This document shows positions 41,661-52,357 of a stretch of DNA of 64,000 nt, one piece after another. The DNA is taken from contig CAXWPL010000005.1 of the NCBI GenBank assembly GCA_963666215.2, positions 1,184,001-1,248,000 on the forward strand, read 5' to 3'. The notes beneath the pieces were generated by a model. That model was given only the letters and a program-made list of their open reading frames with translations, was not told the DNA's origin and searched no databases. The stretch's first letter is position 1, and each line of letters starts with the position of its first letter. The DNA is from Acidobacteriota bacterium (lineage in GTDB: Bacteria > Acidobacteriota > UBA890 > WLXD01). A program made the position numbers and the translations under genes.

Positions 41661-42680
41661 TCATACGTAGGCGTGCCCTTCGCGGCCGTAGTGGTCGTCG
41701 CGACACAAGCTGTTGTGGTCGTAGTCGCGATACCCATGCCAGGCAGCGACTGCACAAAGCAGGGCCTCGAAAGCCGCAGCGTGCTCCAGAACGGGCGCCC
41801 GAACGGCTCTAGGCATGGGCCGTAGCTGGTGGGTGTCGATGAGCCTACGGAGCTGTTCTCGGCGCTCAGCGGGAGCGGATTCCTGTGCTCCTTCCCCGCC
41901 AGGCCTGTCGGACGAGTCTGATGACTCCTCTCGCCCTGACGACGCCGACCCATCGGGCGCACGCGATGAGCCTTTGTCACGAGAAGTCGCTCCACCTGGT
42001 GCTCCCCATGGTCCGACCTCGAGCACGTAGATACTCGAGGCGCGCGCCCGCATGGGACCCGGCATTCCATCGGTGATCATCGGCAGCGGCTCAAACGGAA
42101 GGACCGCCACCGACGCATGACCGTGCAGGGGGGCGACCAACCCGTTGAGACCGTGGAACGTCGCTGGAGCCCGCGACGCACCCAGCGGCGACTCTGTGCC
42201 GAGCTCGACGTCGGTCCGCCGCAGAGGCAACGAGCTTCCCCGATCGCCAGCGGTGTCCGAGCCCGAGAAGAGCCCGGCCAGTTGACGTGGTTCGGACAGC
42301 CGCCCGACACTGCGGAGCATGTCGTCCCAGGCAGCGAGCTGAGGGGCCTCGGGGCGAGTCAACGAATCGGGTGAATCGCGCAACCGCGACGAACCGCCTC
42401 CATCGCCAGGGCGGGCGTCAACTCCGCGTGGCAGCCCGAAGGGAAAATCGAAGCCCCAGGCCGATCGCGGCGCCTCCAGGATCTTGCCCAGGAGCACGCG
42501 CAGGGCCGGCTCACGTTCGGCGACGCCCCCTGGCAGCTCGGCGAGGCGGGCTACACGCTCCACGCGGACGCCGCCGGCGCCGGGGTGAGCGCGGCAGACC
42601 CAGGTACGGCTGCCGGCGTCGTCGCAGCCACTGAAGCGAACGCCGAAGACGCGGCGCGGCGCGATCGGCACACCGATCAT
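41661..42680 (-). CDS. DUF429-like protein (RNase H-like fold) with substituted acidic residues
   Basis: [44 protein letters not shown]. Confidence 0.6.
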   Translation of the reverse strand: MIGVPIAPRRVFGVRFSGCDDAGSRTWVCRAHPGAGGVRVERVARLAELPGGVAEREPALRVLLGKILEAPRSAWGFDFPFGLPRGVDARPGDGGGSSRLRDSPDSLTRPEAPQLAAWDDMLRSVGRLSEPRQLAGLFSGSDTAGDRGSSLPLRRTDVELGTESPLGASRAPATFHGLNGLVAPLHGHASVAVLPFEPLPMITDGMPGPMRARASSIYVLEVGPWGAPGGATSRDKGSSRAPDGSASSGREESSDSSDRPGGEGAQESAPAERREQLRRLIDTHQLRPMPRAVRAPVLEHAAAFEALLCAVAAWHGYRDYDHNSLCRDDHYGREGHAYV

Positions 42681-42716
42681 CGTCCCTCGAGTTGCTGGGC
42701 CGCGCTGCGGGCGCGG

Positions 42717-43493
42717 CTATCGAACGAAAATCGGAACCGTGTGGCCCAGAAGGGCGTTCACGGCCGGGTTGTCGGTGCGCATCTGTTCGATGATGCCGAT
42801 CGTCGGGATGAAGTTGAGCGTCCGGTGTACCGGCGCCGCCTGCGCCAGTATCGCGTCGAGGTCGGCGCGCGCCTTGCGTATTTGAGACGACTTCGACAGT
42901 CCTCGATAGACCACGATGAACGAAAACTCGCGGTGGTAGTCGGTGCTCTTCAGATCCTGGCCGTAGAGGTACAGCCCCTGGAGCCAGCCGAGGTCCGACC
43001 AGTTCCCTTCCAACGTCCCGATCGAGATGAGGACTTCGTCCAGGCTCATCTTGGTGATGCGACGGGGCTTGGCCGGCGGCGCTGGCGCGGAGGCTTCGGC
43101 CGCCTTGTCCGTGCGCTTGGACTTCGCTGTCGTGGACTTCTTCTTGGTGGCGACCTTCTTCGCCGGAACCTTCTTGGCCGGCTTCTTGGCCGGAGCCTTC
43201 TTGGCCGGCTTCTTGACCGGAGACTTCTTCGCGGGCACCTTCTTGGTCGGCACCCTCTTGGTCGGTGCCTTCTTGGTCGGCGCCTTCTTGGCGGGGGCCT
43301 TCTTCACCCGCTTGGCGGGCTTCTTGGCCGATCCCGTCACCTTCTTGCTGACCTTCTTACTCGCCTTCTTAGCGGGACCGGTGGCTTTGTGGGTAGCTTT
43401 TGCCGCCTTCTTTGACTTCGCGGCCGGCTTCTTGGCGGCTGTTTTCGTCGCCGTCTTTTTCGCCGTCTTCTTTTTGGTTATCTTCTTGGCCAT
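42717..43493 (-). CDS. Histone-H1-like Lys/Ala/Pro-rich protein with a globular C-terminal domain
   Basis: [13 protein letters not shown]..([15 protein letters not shown])n for ~140 aa, then a ~110-aa ordinary-composition domain. Confidence 0.8.
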   Translation of the reverse strand: MAKKITKKKTAKKTATKTAAKKPAAKSKKAAKATHKATGPAKKASKKVSKKVTGSAKKPAKRVKKAPAKKAPTKKAPTKRVPTKKVPAKKSPVKKPAKKAPAKKPAKKVPAKKVATKKKSTTAKSKRTDKAAEASAPAPPAKPRRITKMSLDEVLISIGTLEGNWSDLGWLQGLYLYGQDLKSTDYHREFSFIVVYRGLSKSSQIRKARADLDAILAQAAPVHRTLNFIPTIGIIEQMRTDNPAVNALLGHTVPIFVR

Positions 43494-43757
43494 GAATATC
43501 GAACCCACGCAGCATGGGCGATTGGGTGGCTTGATTGGGCGATAGCGACCCTGAGTCGAGGAAATACCTGGTATCAACGACCGTATGACAGGCGGCGCCA
43601 ACCCTTGCTCCCATTTGGGTACGCTGCCCTATATCTCGCGGCAGCAGCCGCGCGTCAATGGAGACCCTCGCGTTGGGTCAATTTCGACAAGCCGCGCGCT
43701 CGTTGTCGTGACCGTACGCGTGTTTTCATAGAACTGGTTAGCTATTTATGTCTATTC

Positions 43758-44429
43758 ATGTCTATTCGTGATCGTGTCGAGCTTTTAAAGGCGTTTCGAC
43801 GCAATTTTTCCGCTACTGGAGCCGTTCAGCCGTCGTCGCGATTCATGGCGCGCGCCATGACGGCATCGCTGCGCGACGCGCGCTCTGCCTATCCCGGCCG
43901 CGGGCACGCGATCGTCGAGATGGGACCTGGTACCGGAGCAGTCACCCGCAGCATCGCCGCCGAGATGGGCCCCGACGACACGCTCGACTGCTACGAAATC
44001 GACGCCGGCTTGGCCGCCTATCTTCGCCGCACCATCCAAAGTGAGCCGGCGTACGCCAAAGCGCGAGAGCGGATACACGTCCATTGCCTGCCGGCGCAGG
44101 AGGCCACGTCGGACCAGCCAGTCGACCTCGTGATCTGTAGCGTGCCGTTCAACAATCTCGAACCCGAGCTCGTCGAATCGATCCTGAGAAGTGGTCTTCG
44201 ACTCCTCCACACCTCGGGCTCGCTGACCTACTTCGGATACACCATGCTGCCGCGGTTGCGCCGTCTCTTTGCGACGACCAGCGAGCGTGTCCGCATCGAC
44301 GGCGTTACTCGCGTCAAGAACGAGTTCGCGCGCGGCCACCTGCTGACCACGCAGCTGGTGCTCGCCAACGTGCCTCCGGCTCGTACCGTGACGTTGCGAC
44401 CCAGCCCATCTGGCGGAAACAGCCTCTAG
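43758..44429 (+). CDS. SAM methyltransferase, phospholipid/ornithine-lipid N-methyltransferase-like
   Basis: TGAVQPSSRFMARAM, VEMGPGTGAVT, ICSVPF, NVPPA. Confidence 0.82.
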   Translation: MSIRDRVELLKAFRRNFSATGAVQPSSRFMARAMTASLRDARSAYPGRGHAIVEMGPGTGAVTRSIAAEMGPDDTLDCYEIDAGLAAYLRRTIQSEPAYAKARERIHVHCLPAQEATSDQPVDLVICSVPFNNLEPELVESILRSGLRLLHTSGSLTYFGYTMLPRLRRLFATTSERVRIDGVTRVKNEFARGHLLTTQLVLANVPPARTVTLRPSPSGGNSL

Positions 44430-44456
44430 AAGGGCGGGCGCGCGCCGAGCCGTTGC

Positions 44457-45641
44457 TCAGCCGGCGATGCGGGTCACCGTGTCGAGCAGCGCGTCGATGT
44501 CAGCGACACTGTTCCAAATCCCCGGCGACACGCGCAATCCGTTTTCGCGCAGGCTCACCGCGATGCCACGTTCCGCGCACGCCGCGTGGGCGCGCCGCGT
44601 AGCCTCGGCATCCGGCGCGCCGGAGCCGTCGTCGATCACCAGTCGCAGAATGCTCGATCGCCGCTCTGGTCGAAGGTCGCTCTCGACGCCAACGCGCTCG
44701 GGGAGCCCTGCCAGCAGGCGATCCAACAGTCCCCGCGTGTGCTCGGAGATCCGCTCTACGCCGATTTCCACCAGCATCTCGAGGGAAACCTGCATCGCCG
44801 ACAGGTTGAAGAAGGCCGCCGTCTCGGGCAGATCGAAACGCACCGCCCCGGGACGTGGCCGCGGCTCGAGATCGCGCAACTTGTTGAAGTCGTCGGCACC
44901 GTCGATCGTGAGCCAGTTGAACGAGGCAGGCCGCAGCCGCTCGACCCAGTCTGGGTGCACGTAGCTCAGGCCCGTCCCATAAGGCGCCAACAACCACTTG
45001 TAGCCGGCGATCGCCACCACTCCCGCTCCGCAGGCCCCCACGTCGAGCGGCAACGAGCCTGCCGACTGTGACGCGTCGACGACGAACAGTACGCCGCGGT
45101 CGTTGCATGCCCGCCCGATACGGGTGATATCGAGCACTCTCCCATTGGCGTAATTGACGTGTCCCACTGCGACGACGCGGGTCGAGGCCTTGATGGCTGC
45201 CTCGATCTCGATCTCATCGGGATCGACGAAATCGAGCTCAACACCCTGCGCGCGCAGAGCGATCCACGGCAGGCTGTTGGCGGGAAACTCGCCCCTCGGA
45301 ACAACGACGTGATCGCCCGGGTGCCAGTCGAGCCCACACGACGCCAAGCTGATTCCGTGCGAAGCACCTGAGGCAATTGCCAAGTCGTGGGGTTCGCAGC
45401 CGAGCAGCTGAGAGCCCGCCGCCCGCACCGCAGCCGGCAACTCGAAGTGCGCTCGATCGGGCAGCTGAGACGGATCGCGCTTGGTATCGACCGCTTGTTG
45501 CACGGCAGCAATCGCTCGCCGCGACAGCGGGCAATGATAGGCGCCGTTGAGATAAACAGTCTCGCGCAGATCGAACTCGGAGCTCCAGTCTGCGGTGCTC
45601 GAGCCGAAGCTCGCGGGCGAGATCGATTCTCGGCCGCTCAC
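44457..45641 (-). CDS. Class V aminotransferase / cysteine desulfurase-like protein
   Basis: VYLNGA, EFPAN, VVDASQSAG, AGYKWLLAPYGTG, LRVSPG. Confidence 0.9.
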   Translation of the reverse strand: MSGRESISPASFGSSTADWSSEFDLRETVYLNGAYHCPLSRRAIAAVQQAVDTKRDPSQLPDRAHFELPAAVRAAGSQLLGCEPHDLAIASGASHGISLASCGLDWHPGDHVVVPRGEFPANSLPWIALRAQGVELDFVDPDEIEIEAAIKASTRVVAVGHVNYANGRVLDITRIGRACNDRGVLFVVDASQSAGSLPLDVGACGAGVVAIAGYKWLLAPYGTGLSYVHPDWVERLRPASFNWLTIDGADDFNKLRDLEPRPRPGAVRFDLPETAAFFNLSAMQVSLEMLVEIGVERISEHTRGLLDRLLAGLPERVGVESDLRPERRSSILRLVIDDGSGAPDAEATRRAHAACAERGIAVSLRENGLRVSPGIWNSVADIDALLDTVTRIAG

Positions 45642-46495
45642 TCGTCGAGGACTGCGTAAGCGGCGCTGTGCTCCTGGATGATCTCCCAGGCTTCCTCGGC
45701 GGTGTCGGCCCAGCTCAGCAGCTCGATATCACCCGGACTGATGGTGCCGACCTCGATCAGCGTGTCGAAGTTCACGACACCGCGCCAGAAATCGCCGCCC
45801 ATCATGATGATCGGTAGCGGCGGCATCTTCAGAGTTTGGATCAGTGTCAGCGCGGTGAACAGTTCGTCGAGCGTACCGAACCCGCCGGGAAATACCACGA
45901 GGGCCTTCGCTTTGAGCAAGAAGTGCATCTTGCGAATCGCGAAGTAGTGGAAGTTGAAGCAGAGCTCCGGCGTGATGTACGGATTCGGCACCTGCTCGAA
46001 CACGATCTGGATGTTGAAGGCCATCGTCTTGCAGCCCGCTTCGTGCGCACCGCGGTTGGCGGCTTCCATGATCCCCGGCCCTCCCCCCGTGGTGATCACA
46101 CAGCTGGCGGGCGCGTATTCCTTGGCGAGCGACGCGAACCACCGAGCGTCTTCGTAGTAGCGCACCATGTCGCGGTGCTTGCGCGCACGTTCGAGGACAC
46201 CGGCTTGATAGGGGTCTTCGGGCATCGCATCGGGGCCCGCCGCATGGACGGCATCAGCATGCTCGAGCAGCTCCGGCGAGGGCGTACGGGCACTTCCAAA
46301 AACGACAACGGTCGACTCGATCCCCAGCTCGCGCTGCCCGAGCTGCGGTTTCAGGTACTCCAAACCCAGCCGCGTGCCGCGCAGCTCGGAGCGCTCGAGA
46401 AAGTCGAGGTCGCGGTAGGCAAGACGATGGGGCGGCGACTCACTCAACCAGCGAGCACGGTCCTCTGGATCTTCGGGTGGCTCGTGCGACTCCAT
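45638..46495 (-). CDS. LOG-family nucleotide phosphoribohydrolase-like protein
   Basis: VVFGSAR, TGGGPGIMEAANRGA, EQVPNPY, FAIRKMHF, FPGGFGTLDELF. Confidence 0.92.
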   Translation of the reverse strand: MESHEPPEDPEDRARWLSESPPHRLAYRDLDFLERSELRGTRLGLEYLKPQLGQRELGIESTVVVFGSARTPSPELLEHADAVHAAGPDAMPEDPYQAGVLERARKHRDMVRYYEDARWFASLAKEYAPASCVITTGGGPGIMEAANRGAHEAGCKTMAFNIQIVFEQVPNPYITPELCFNFHYFAIRKMHFLLKAKALVVFPGGFGTLDELFTALTLIQTLKMPPLPIIMMGGDFWRGVVNFDTLIEVGTISPGDIELLSWADTAEEAWEIIQEHSAAYAVLDE

Positions 46496-46578
46496 ATTGG
46501 CTCCTGACGCGACGGATTCTCTGCGGACGTGAGGCTGCGGCGAAGGCCGGCGGCTTTTTTCCAACGACGCTGCGGCAA

Positions 46579-48490
46579 TCAGCCGCGTGTCTGATCGGGC
46601 GGCGACAGGGCGAAGCGGGGACTCATCGTAGGTCGATCGATCCCGACCACGCCAACGTCGCCCGAGCGCAAACGCAACCCCACCCGCACGGGTTCGCTCC
46701 AGTGCGGGTACTCAGGATGGTCGATACCGATCTCGACGATAGCGTAGCGGTCGCCGACGTCGTCGTGTGAACCCCATACGTTTTCCGGAACATCGATTTC
46801 ATAAGACCGCGAACCCGGCGCCGATGCCGATGACCCGGCACGCGCGGATCGTCTATGCGTCGCCGCCGACACCCCCGATACCGTCTGCCCGAGTCCTGCT
46901 GTCACGCCAGCGATCGGCAAGGGTTGGGTCTCGCGATCGGCAAGGTTGTCGAGCGACCACCAGCGCACCGAGTACGCCGGGTACTCCGAGCTCTCCGAGG
47001 CAGAGCCGCGGGCGGCGCCGCTGCGCTCGGCGGCATTCTCGAACCTCAGGGTCGGCAGCGCTCCTTCCTCGGCTGGAAGCTCCACCCGGAATTCATCGAG
47101 CGGGTTGGTGCGCGTAAGCCAGTAGTCCACCGTCTTGTGGAGGCGGGTGATGAGCGTGTCCACCACGTAGGCAGCGGTAGCCGGCTCGCTCATGCGCGCA
47201 TCGCTGACGATGCGCTCGATCATGCGAGAAGTGAACCGACTCATGATCTGCGCCGCCCAGAACGCGTCGGCTGCGTCCATGCGATCGAACGCGGGGTTCG
47301 AGTACTGTGGCTTCCAGCGCCACGGCTCGTAGAAGCCGGCCTCGAAGCGCCCCACACCCGGGTATTCCGGATAGTCGACATGCTCCCAGTCGTCGGTGAG
47401 CAGGCCGAGCCCAACGATCCGCCTGAAGATCTTGTTGAGCTCGACGTAGTGCTCGTAGCCAGCGCGTGCCTCCTGTGCGAAGACGCTACCCGAGCCGAGC
47501 GTCGACCCGAAGTCGATCAGGTAGTGGCGTAGGAAGCGGCTACCGTTCTCCTCGGCGATGCCCGTAAAGGAATTCAAGGAACGCGTATCGTCGTGATTGA
47601 CCCAAGCGCTGAAGGCGCGCGGGCTTCGCAGCTCGCGGCGTCGCTCGTGGGCGAAGATGTCGTTGCGATCGTCGGAACGGGTGCCGTAATACAGATGCGG
47701 GCCAACCGGCCGGGCGCTAATGAATCGGCTTGCCAGCACGCGAATCGTCCCATCGGGCTGCCGGCGCTGCCCAGCGAGCCAGTTGTCGACATCCTGCCGC
47801 AAGATCTCGCGTCGGTGGCCCGTGTAGGCGCGCCAGGTTGAACCCTCCTCGATGACCAAGCTCTCCGGATCCATGAAGAGGATGTAGTTCTCGGGCGTAT
47901 GGAACCCGATGGCGTACAGGAGCTTCGTTCCGATGTACTCCGCGGTTGAAGCCATCTCATGAAAACCGGGTGAGTCGAGCTTGATGACGTAGCGGTCGCC
48001 GCGGGTGTCGCGGGCGAGGAATTTCGGCGTGATCCCGGCACCCGGACGCCCGACAACCGTCAGCGGGCCTGGTGCCGGTCCGTCAACAAGGTTGGCACCG
48101 CGAACGACGGCTTCCTCGGTCATCCCCCCGGTCCCGATTCGATTCGTGAACCAGCTCGAATCGGGCACCTCGCCCAGGGTGTTGATGTTCAGTGCAGGGC
48201 CGTCGCTGCCCGGGGTCGACAGCGTGTTCTGCAGGAAGTCGTAGTCCTGCGACAGCTCGTGTTCCTCGACGTCGACGCCGAGCTCGAGCTTGTCGGGATC
48301 GGCCTGCAGCGGATCGTCCGGATAGAAGCGTCGACCATCCGCCGGCCACCTTCTGCGCACTCGCCGCCGACGCAGCCGACCCGCCGCCAACCAACGCCAG
48401 GACGAGCCCCACCAGGAGCCCGGCCGCGGTCCGCCTACCTCGTCGAGCTGGTTGGCCCGATCGGCTCGATCGACCTGGTTCAGAAGACAT
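46579..48490 (-). CDS. Secreted hypothetical protein with atypical kinase-like motifs, split by a +1 indel near 48340
   Basis: Signal peptide (..LLVGLVLALVGGGSAASAASA-Q) in the adjacent frame; GAGITPKF, YVIKLD, TAE, NHDDTRSLN, LIDFG. Confidence 0.7.
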
Positions 48491-49834
48491 GATCAAACCG
48501 CAGGATGGGTACCACCCGCCCGTTGCCGAACGCCAGATCGAAGCGGAGAATCGACGTGATGTTGCTGTGCACGCGCAGGCCAAAGCCGTACCTAACCTCG
48601 AGGTCCGCGAGGTCCAGATCGTCGAGCTCGAACGCCACGGTGCCCATGTCCACGAAGCCGGCCATGAACGCGGCCCACCAAACCTGCCAGCGGTACTCAG
48701 CCGAGAGCAGGAACCGGTTGCGATCGCGAAAGCGATACTCCTCCAAGCCACGCAAATCTTGACTGCCTCCCAGCGTGGGCTGGTAGTAGAACGGCACGTC
48801 GTTGCCCGACAGGGGATCTGTAGCCACTAGATTGGCGCGCAGCGCAATCACCCGCCGCTGGTGAAAAAGGGCAGGTACTGGCGAAGGTCCACTTCGAGCC
48901 GTCGGAACGAGAAACGATCGAGATCGCGATCGTGGTAGCGAGCAGCGCGAATCACGTAGTAGCCACCGCTGCGCGGCAGCTGCGGGTTGTCGCGCCAGTC
49001 GTAGTCGATGAAGCCATCGAGGCGCAGGAAATGGCTCTGTTCCGAGAGCGCCGGAATGTCGCTCGGGGCGAACAGCTCGCCGACGTCGGGGTCGTCATCG
49101 GTGCCGGCGCCGATCTTGGGGCTGACGAGCGACAACGAGCCGCCGATTCGAAAGCCGCTCGATCGCGACGACCGAGCTCGCCCGTCGAACCACAGGTCAG
49201 CGCCAAACTCCGTGTCTTCAATCAGGAAGTTGGTCTGGTCCCCTTCCACGCTTCCCGGGCCGAGCCCGAAGAAGCCCAGCTGCGAGTACCTGTAGTAGCG
49301 CCCGTGCAGCCCGGCGGACAGCGGGCTGCCGCCCAGGTTGCGAACCAACACGGCCCCGCCCGCCTGGCGAAAACCTTTCGGGCTCAGCGTCACGGCGGCG
49401 TTCAAGTCGACGCGATTGGCTGCATCCGGGTAGGCGTAGGCAGACCCCACCGCCTCGTCCACAAAGCTCAACCCGAACGCCGGGCCCGCCCCCGGCGGAA
49501 AGCCACCTGTGGCGATCACGAAGCCGCGATATCCGGTCTTGAGCTTCTGAAGGACATAGCGATCCTCGGCGCCGTAGAACTGCCTTCCCCAGAAGGAACG
49601 CGGCGGCGGAGGCAATTCGTCAACCGAACGCGACTCGCGCTGACGACGCAGCAACTCGGCTCGGCTCGGTGCCGTCGATGACGAGGCCGCCTGCTTTCCG
49701 TCGTCGACGACCTGGTGCGGGGGCTCGGCGGCCGAAGCCGCTCCTTGGGGCGGCAGCGCAGCCGATGCGAACAGCAAGACACAGCCCGCGACGCGGCGGG
49801 TCACGAAGCAGCCGCGCTCTCGACACATCGCCAT
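48480..49834 (-). CDS. Omp85 (BamA/TamA-family) beta-barrel without POTRA domains, split by a -1 indel near 48862
   Basis: Signal peptide, amphipathic strands, DWRDNPQLPRSG, TLGGSQDLRGLEEYRFRDRN, AEYRW, terminal Phe (LRFDHVF). Confidence 0.82.
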
Positions 49835-50676
49835 TGCTCATCGATCTGGGACGCGGCCGCCTCGTCCAGCAGCCAGGTAACGCGCCCGTCGGTGGGATAC
49901 ACCGCTGACGCCGGCAACCGCGGCCGCGCCTCGGTACCGCTGCGATCTCGCGAGCCGACCCCTGCGGCGGACTGCCCGACAGTCGGCTCACCCAGCACGT
50001 CCGCCACTCGAGCCGCCTTCGAGGCGCCGCTGACGACAAACAACACCTCTGCGGCCGCATTGAGCACGGGCAGCGTGAGGCTGAGCCGACGTTCCGCCTG
50101 CGTATCGATGGAGCCCGTGGGTATAGCCGTACTCGACGGCCGCTGCGTGGCAACCACCAGCTCCTTGTTCTCGAATGCGGCTGGCGCGCCGGGAAACAGC
50201 GAGGCCGTGTGTCCATCGGCCCCCAACCCCAGGAGAACGAGGTCGAACCTCGGCACTCCGGCGCTCGACAGGGGCAGTTTCTCTCGTAGGGTCGCCGCGT
50301 ACAGCCGCGCTGCGTCCTCCGGCTCGGGCATGTCGGTAGGTATCGGATACACGTGGTCGCGCGCAATCGAGACACGACTCAACAGAGCTTCGTTCGCCAT
50401 ACGATAATTGCTCTTTGCGCACTCCGCGCCGACCCAGCGCTCGTCTCCCCAGAAGGCGCGCACGCGAGACCAGGGTAGCCGCTCCGCCCACGTCGCCGAG
50501 GCCATGAGCTCGTAGAGAGGACGCGGCGTCGAACCGCCGCTCAGGGCAACCGAGAAGCTGCCCGCGCGCTTGGAAGTCGCTCGGGCGAGCTCCGCGATGA
50601 AGGCGGCGCCGGCCAAGGACATCTCCTCCGGGGTCGAGTGAACGAGCACCCGTCGCGGCAACGGTACCGTATTCAC
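49801..50676 (-). CDS. pgl: 6-phosphogluconolactonase
   Basis: ALSGGSTP, FWGDERWV, SNYRMA, LLGLGADGHTASLFP, RLSLTLP. Confidence 0.95.
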   Translation of the reverse strand: MNTVPLPRRVLVHSTPEEMSLAGAAFIAELARATSKRAGSFSVALSGGSTPRPLYELMASATWAERLPWSRVRAFWGDERWVGAECAKSNYRMANEALLSRVSIARDHVYPIPTDMPEPEDAARLYAATLREKLPLSSAGVPRFDLVLLGLGADGHTASLFPGAPAAFENKELVVATQRPSSTAIPTGSIDTQAERRLSLTLPVLNAAAEVLFVVSGASKAARVADVLGEPTVGQSAAGVGSRDRSGTEARPRLPASAVYPTDGRVTWLLDEAAASQIDEQWRCVESAAAS

Positions 50677-52355
50677 CGTGCCGGGGTCGGATCGTCAACC
50701 GGAGGTCGCCGCCACAGGCGTCCGCCGCGCGTCATCAGTGCGTCGGCCTCGGGCGGTCCCCAGCTTCCGGCCTGATAGGTCGGCATCGGCGAGGTCGTAT
50801 CGGCCCGCCAGCCGCTAAGGACGGGATCCAGCAGCTCCCAGGCCAGCCGCACAGTGTCACCGCGCGTGAAGAGGGTGGAATCGCCGCCCATGCAATCGTG
50901 CAGCAACCAAACGTAGGCGTCGGCGAGCTCCTGTTGCTGAAACGCGCCGTCGTAATCGAAGTAGAGCTGTACAGGATGCATGTTGATATCGGGCCCGGGC
51001 GCCTTGGCCTGAAAACGTAGCGAGATCGCTTCGTTGGGCTGCAGTCGGAGCGCCAAGAGGTTGGGGCGAAACGCATCGGCAGCAGCCTGCGGAAAAACCA
51101 ACTGCGGCGGCAAGTGGAACTGCACGGCGATCTCGCTCACCTTCGTCGGCATGCGCTTGCCCGAGCGCAGGAAGAACGGCACCCCCTTCCATCGCCAGTT
51201 GTCGATCTCCACGCGCAGGGCGGCAAAGGTCTCGGTGCGCGACCCCTGATCGACATTGGGCTCCTCGAGGTAGCCGAGCGATTCCTCTCCTCTCACGTTC
51301 CCAGCGGTGTACTGAGCACGCACCACGCGCTCCGAGCCCCCCGGGCCGCGTGGCCCGTCGAACGGCCGCAGCGAGAGCAGCAGCTTGGCCTTCTCGTCGC
51401 GGATGGCGCCAGCGCTGAACGCCGCCGGCGGTTCCATTGCGGTCAGCGCCAGCAGCTGCATGAGGTGGTTCTGGAACATGTCACGCACCGCGCCCGAGCG
51501 CTCGTAGTAGCCGCCGCGGCCTTCCATACCGAGCTGCTCGGCCACTGTGATCTGCACGTGATCGATGTAGTGACGATTCCAGATCGGCTCGAAGATGGCG
51601 TTACCGAAGCGCAGCACCAGGATGTTCTGCACTGTCTCCTTGCCGAGATAGTGGTCAATCCGGTAGATCTGCTCCTCGTCGAAAGCACGCCGCAGTCGTT
51701 CGTTCAACGCCGCCGCACTGGAGGCGTCGCGACCAAACGGCTTTTCCACGACGATCCGATCGCGCCCGCCCGGCCCGGTGACAACACCGGAGGCCTCGAG
51801 GCCATCGACGATGGGCACGAAAAAGTCGGGCGACACCGACAGGTAGTGGATCCGCACCGGGTTCTCCACGCCCGAGGCACCCACAACTTCGTCGAGCTTC
51901 TCCTTGAGCACGGCGTACGAAGCGATGTCATTGAGATCGCACTGGGCGTAGCTCATCGAGGCTTCGAGATGTTGCCAGCAGTCGCTCTCGACGGCGACGG
52001 CGCCCTTTCCGCCTGAGCCTTCGGCGCCACCAGCCGCGCCGGACTCACCGCCTCCCTCGGCTTTGTGCAAGGCGATACGCATTTCTTCGCAGAAGCGCGC
52101 ATCGTCCCAGTCGCGCCGTGACACACCGACGACGGCGAACGGCTCCGGCAAACGCCCGTCGCGGCACAGTCGGTACAACGCCGGAATCAGCTTGCGCCGA
52201 ACAAGGTCGCCGCTCGCGCCGAACAGAACAAGAACGCTCGGCTCGGGTCGCTCGGAGTCGACGCTAGCCGCCGATTCCATTGAGCTCGCCACATTCGCTG
52301 GACTCGATGACATGGGCCCCTTCAGCTCTTCGCCTGAACCCGTCGACTCTTCCAT
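50673..52355 (-). CDS. zwf: Glucose-6-phosphate 1-dehydrogenase
   Basis: FGASGDL, VEKPFG, YRIDHYLGKETVQN, NWRWKGVPFFLRSGK. Confidence 0.97.
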   Translation of the reverse strand: MEESTGSGEELKGPMSSSPANVASSMESAASVDSERPEPSVLVLFGASGDLVRRKLIPALYRLCRDGRLPEPFAVVGVSRRDWDDARFCEEMRIALHKAEGGGESGAAGGAEGSGGKGAVAVESDCWQHLEASMSYAQCDLNDIASYAVLKEKLDEVVGASGVENPVRIHYLSVSPDFFVPIVDGLEASGVVTGPGGRDRIVVEKPFGRDASSAAALNERLRRAFDEEQIYRIDHYLGKETVQNILVLRFGNAIFEPIWNRHYIDHVQITVAEQLGMEGRGGYYERSGAVRDMFQNHLMQLLALTAMEPPAAFSAGAIRDEKAKLLLSLRPFDGPRGPGGSERVVRAQYTAGNVRGEESLGYLEEPNVDQGSRTETFAALRVEIDNWRWKGVPFFLRSGKRMPTKVSEIAVQFHLPPQLVFPQAAADAFRPNLLALRLQPNEAISLRFQAKAPGPDINMHPVQLYFDYDGAFQQQELADAYVWLLHDCMGGDSTLFTRGDTVRLAWELLDPVLSGWRADTTSPMPTYQAGSWGPPEADALMTRGGRLWRRPPVDDPTPAR

Positions 52356-52357
52356 GA

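Noticed and set aside
43140-43490. Hydrophobic plus-strand ORF (FLAGAFLAG repeats, 43027-43545)
   Set aside because: Antisense shadow of the Lys-rich repeat gene
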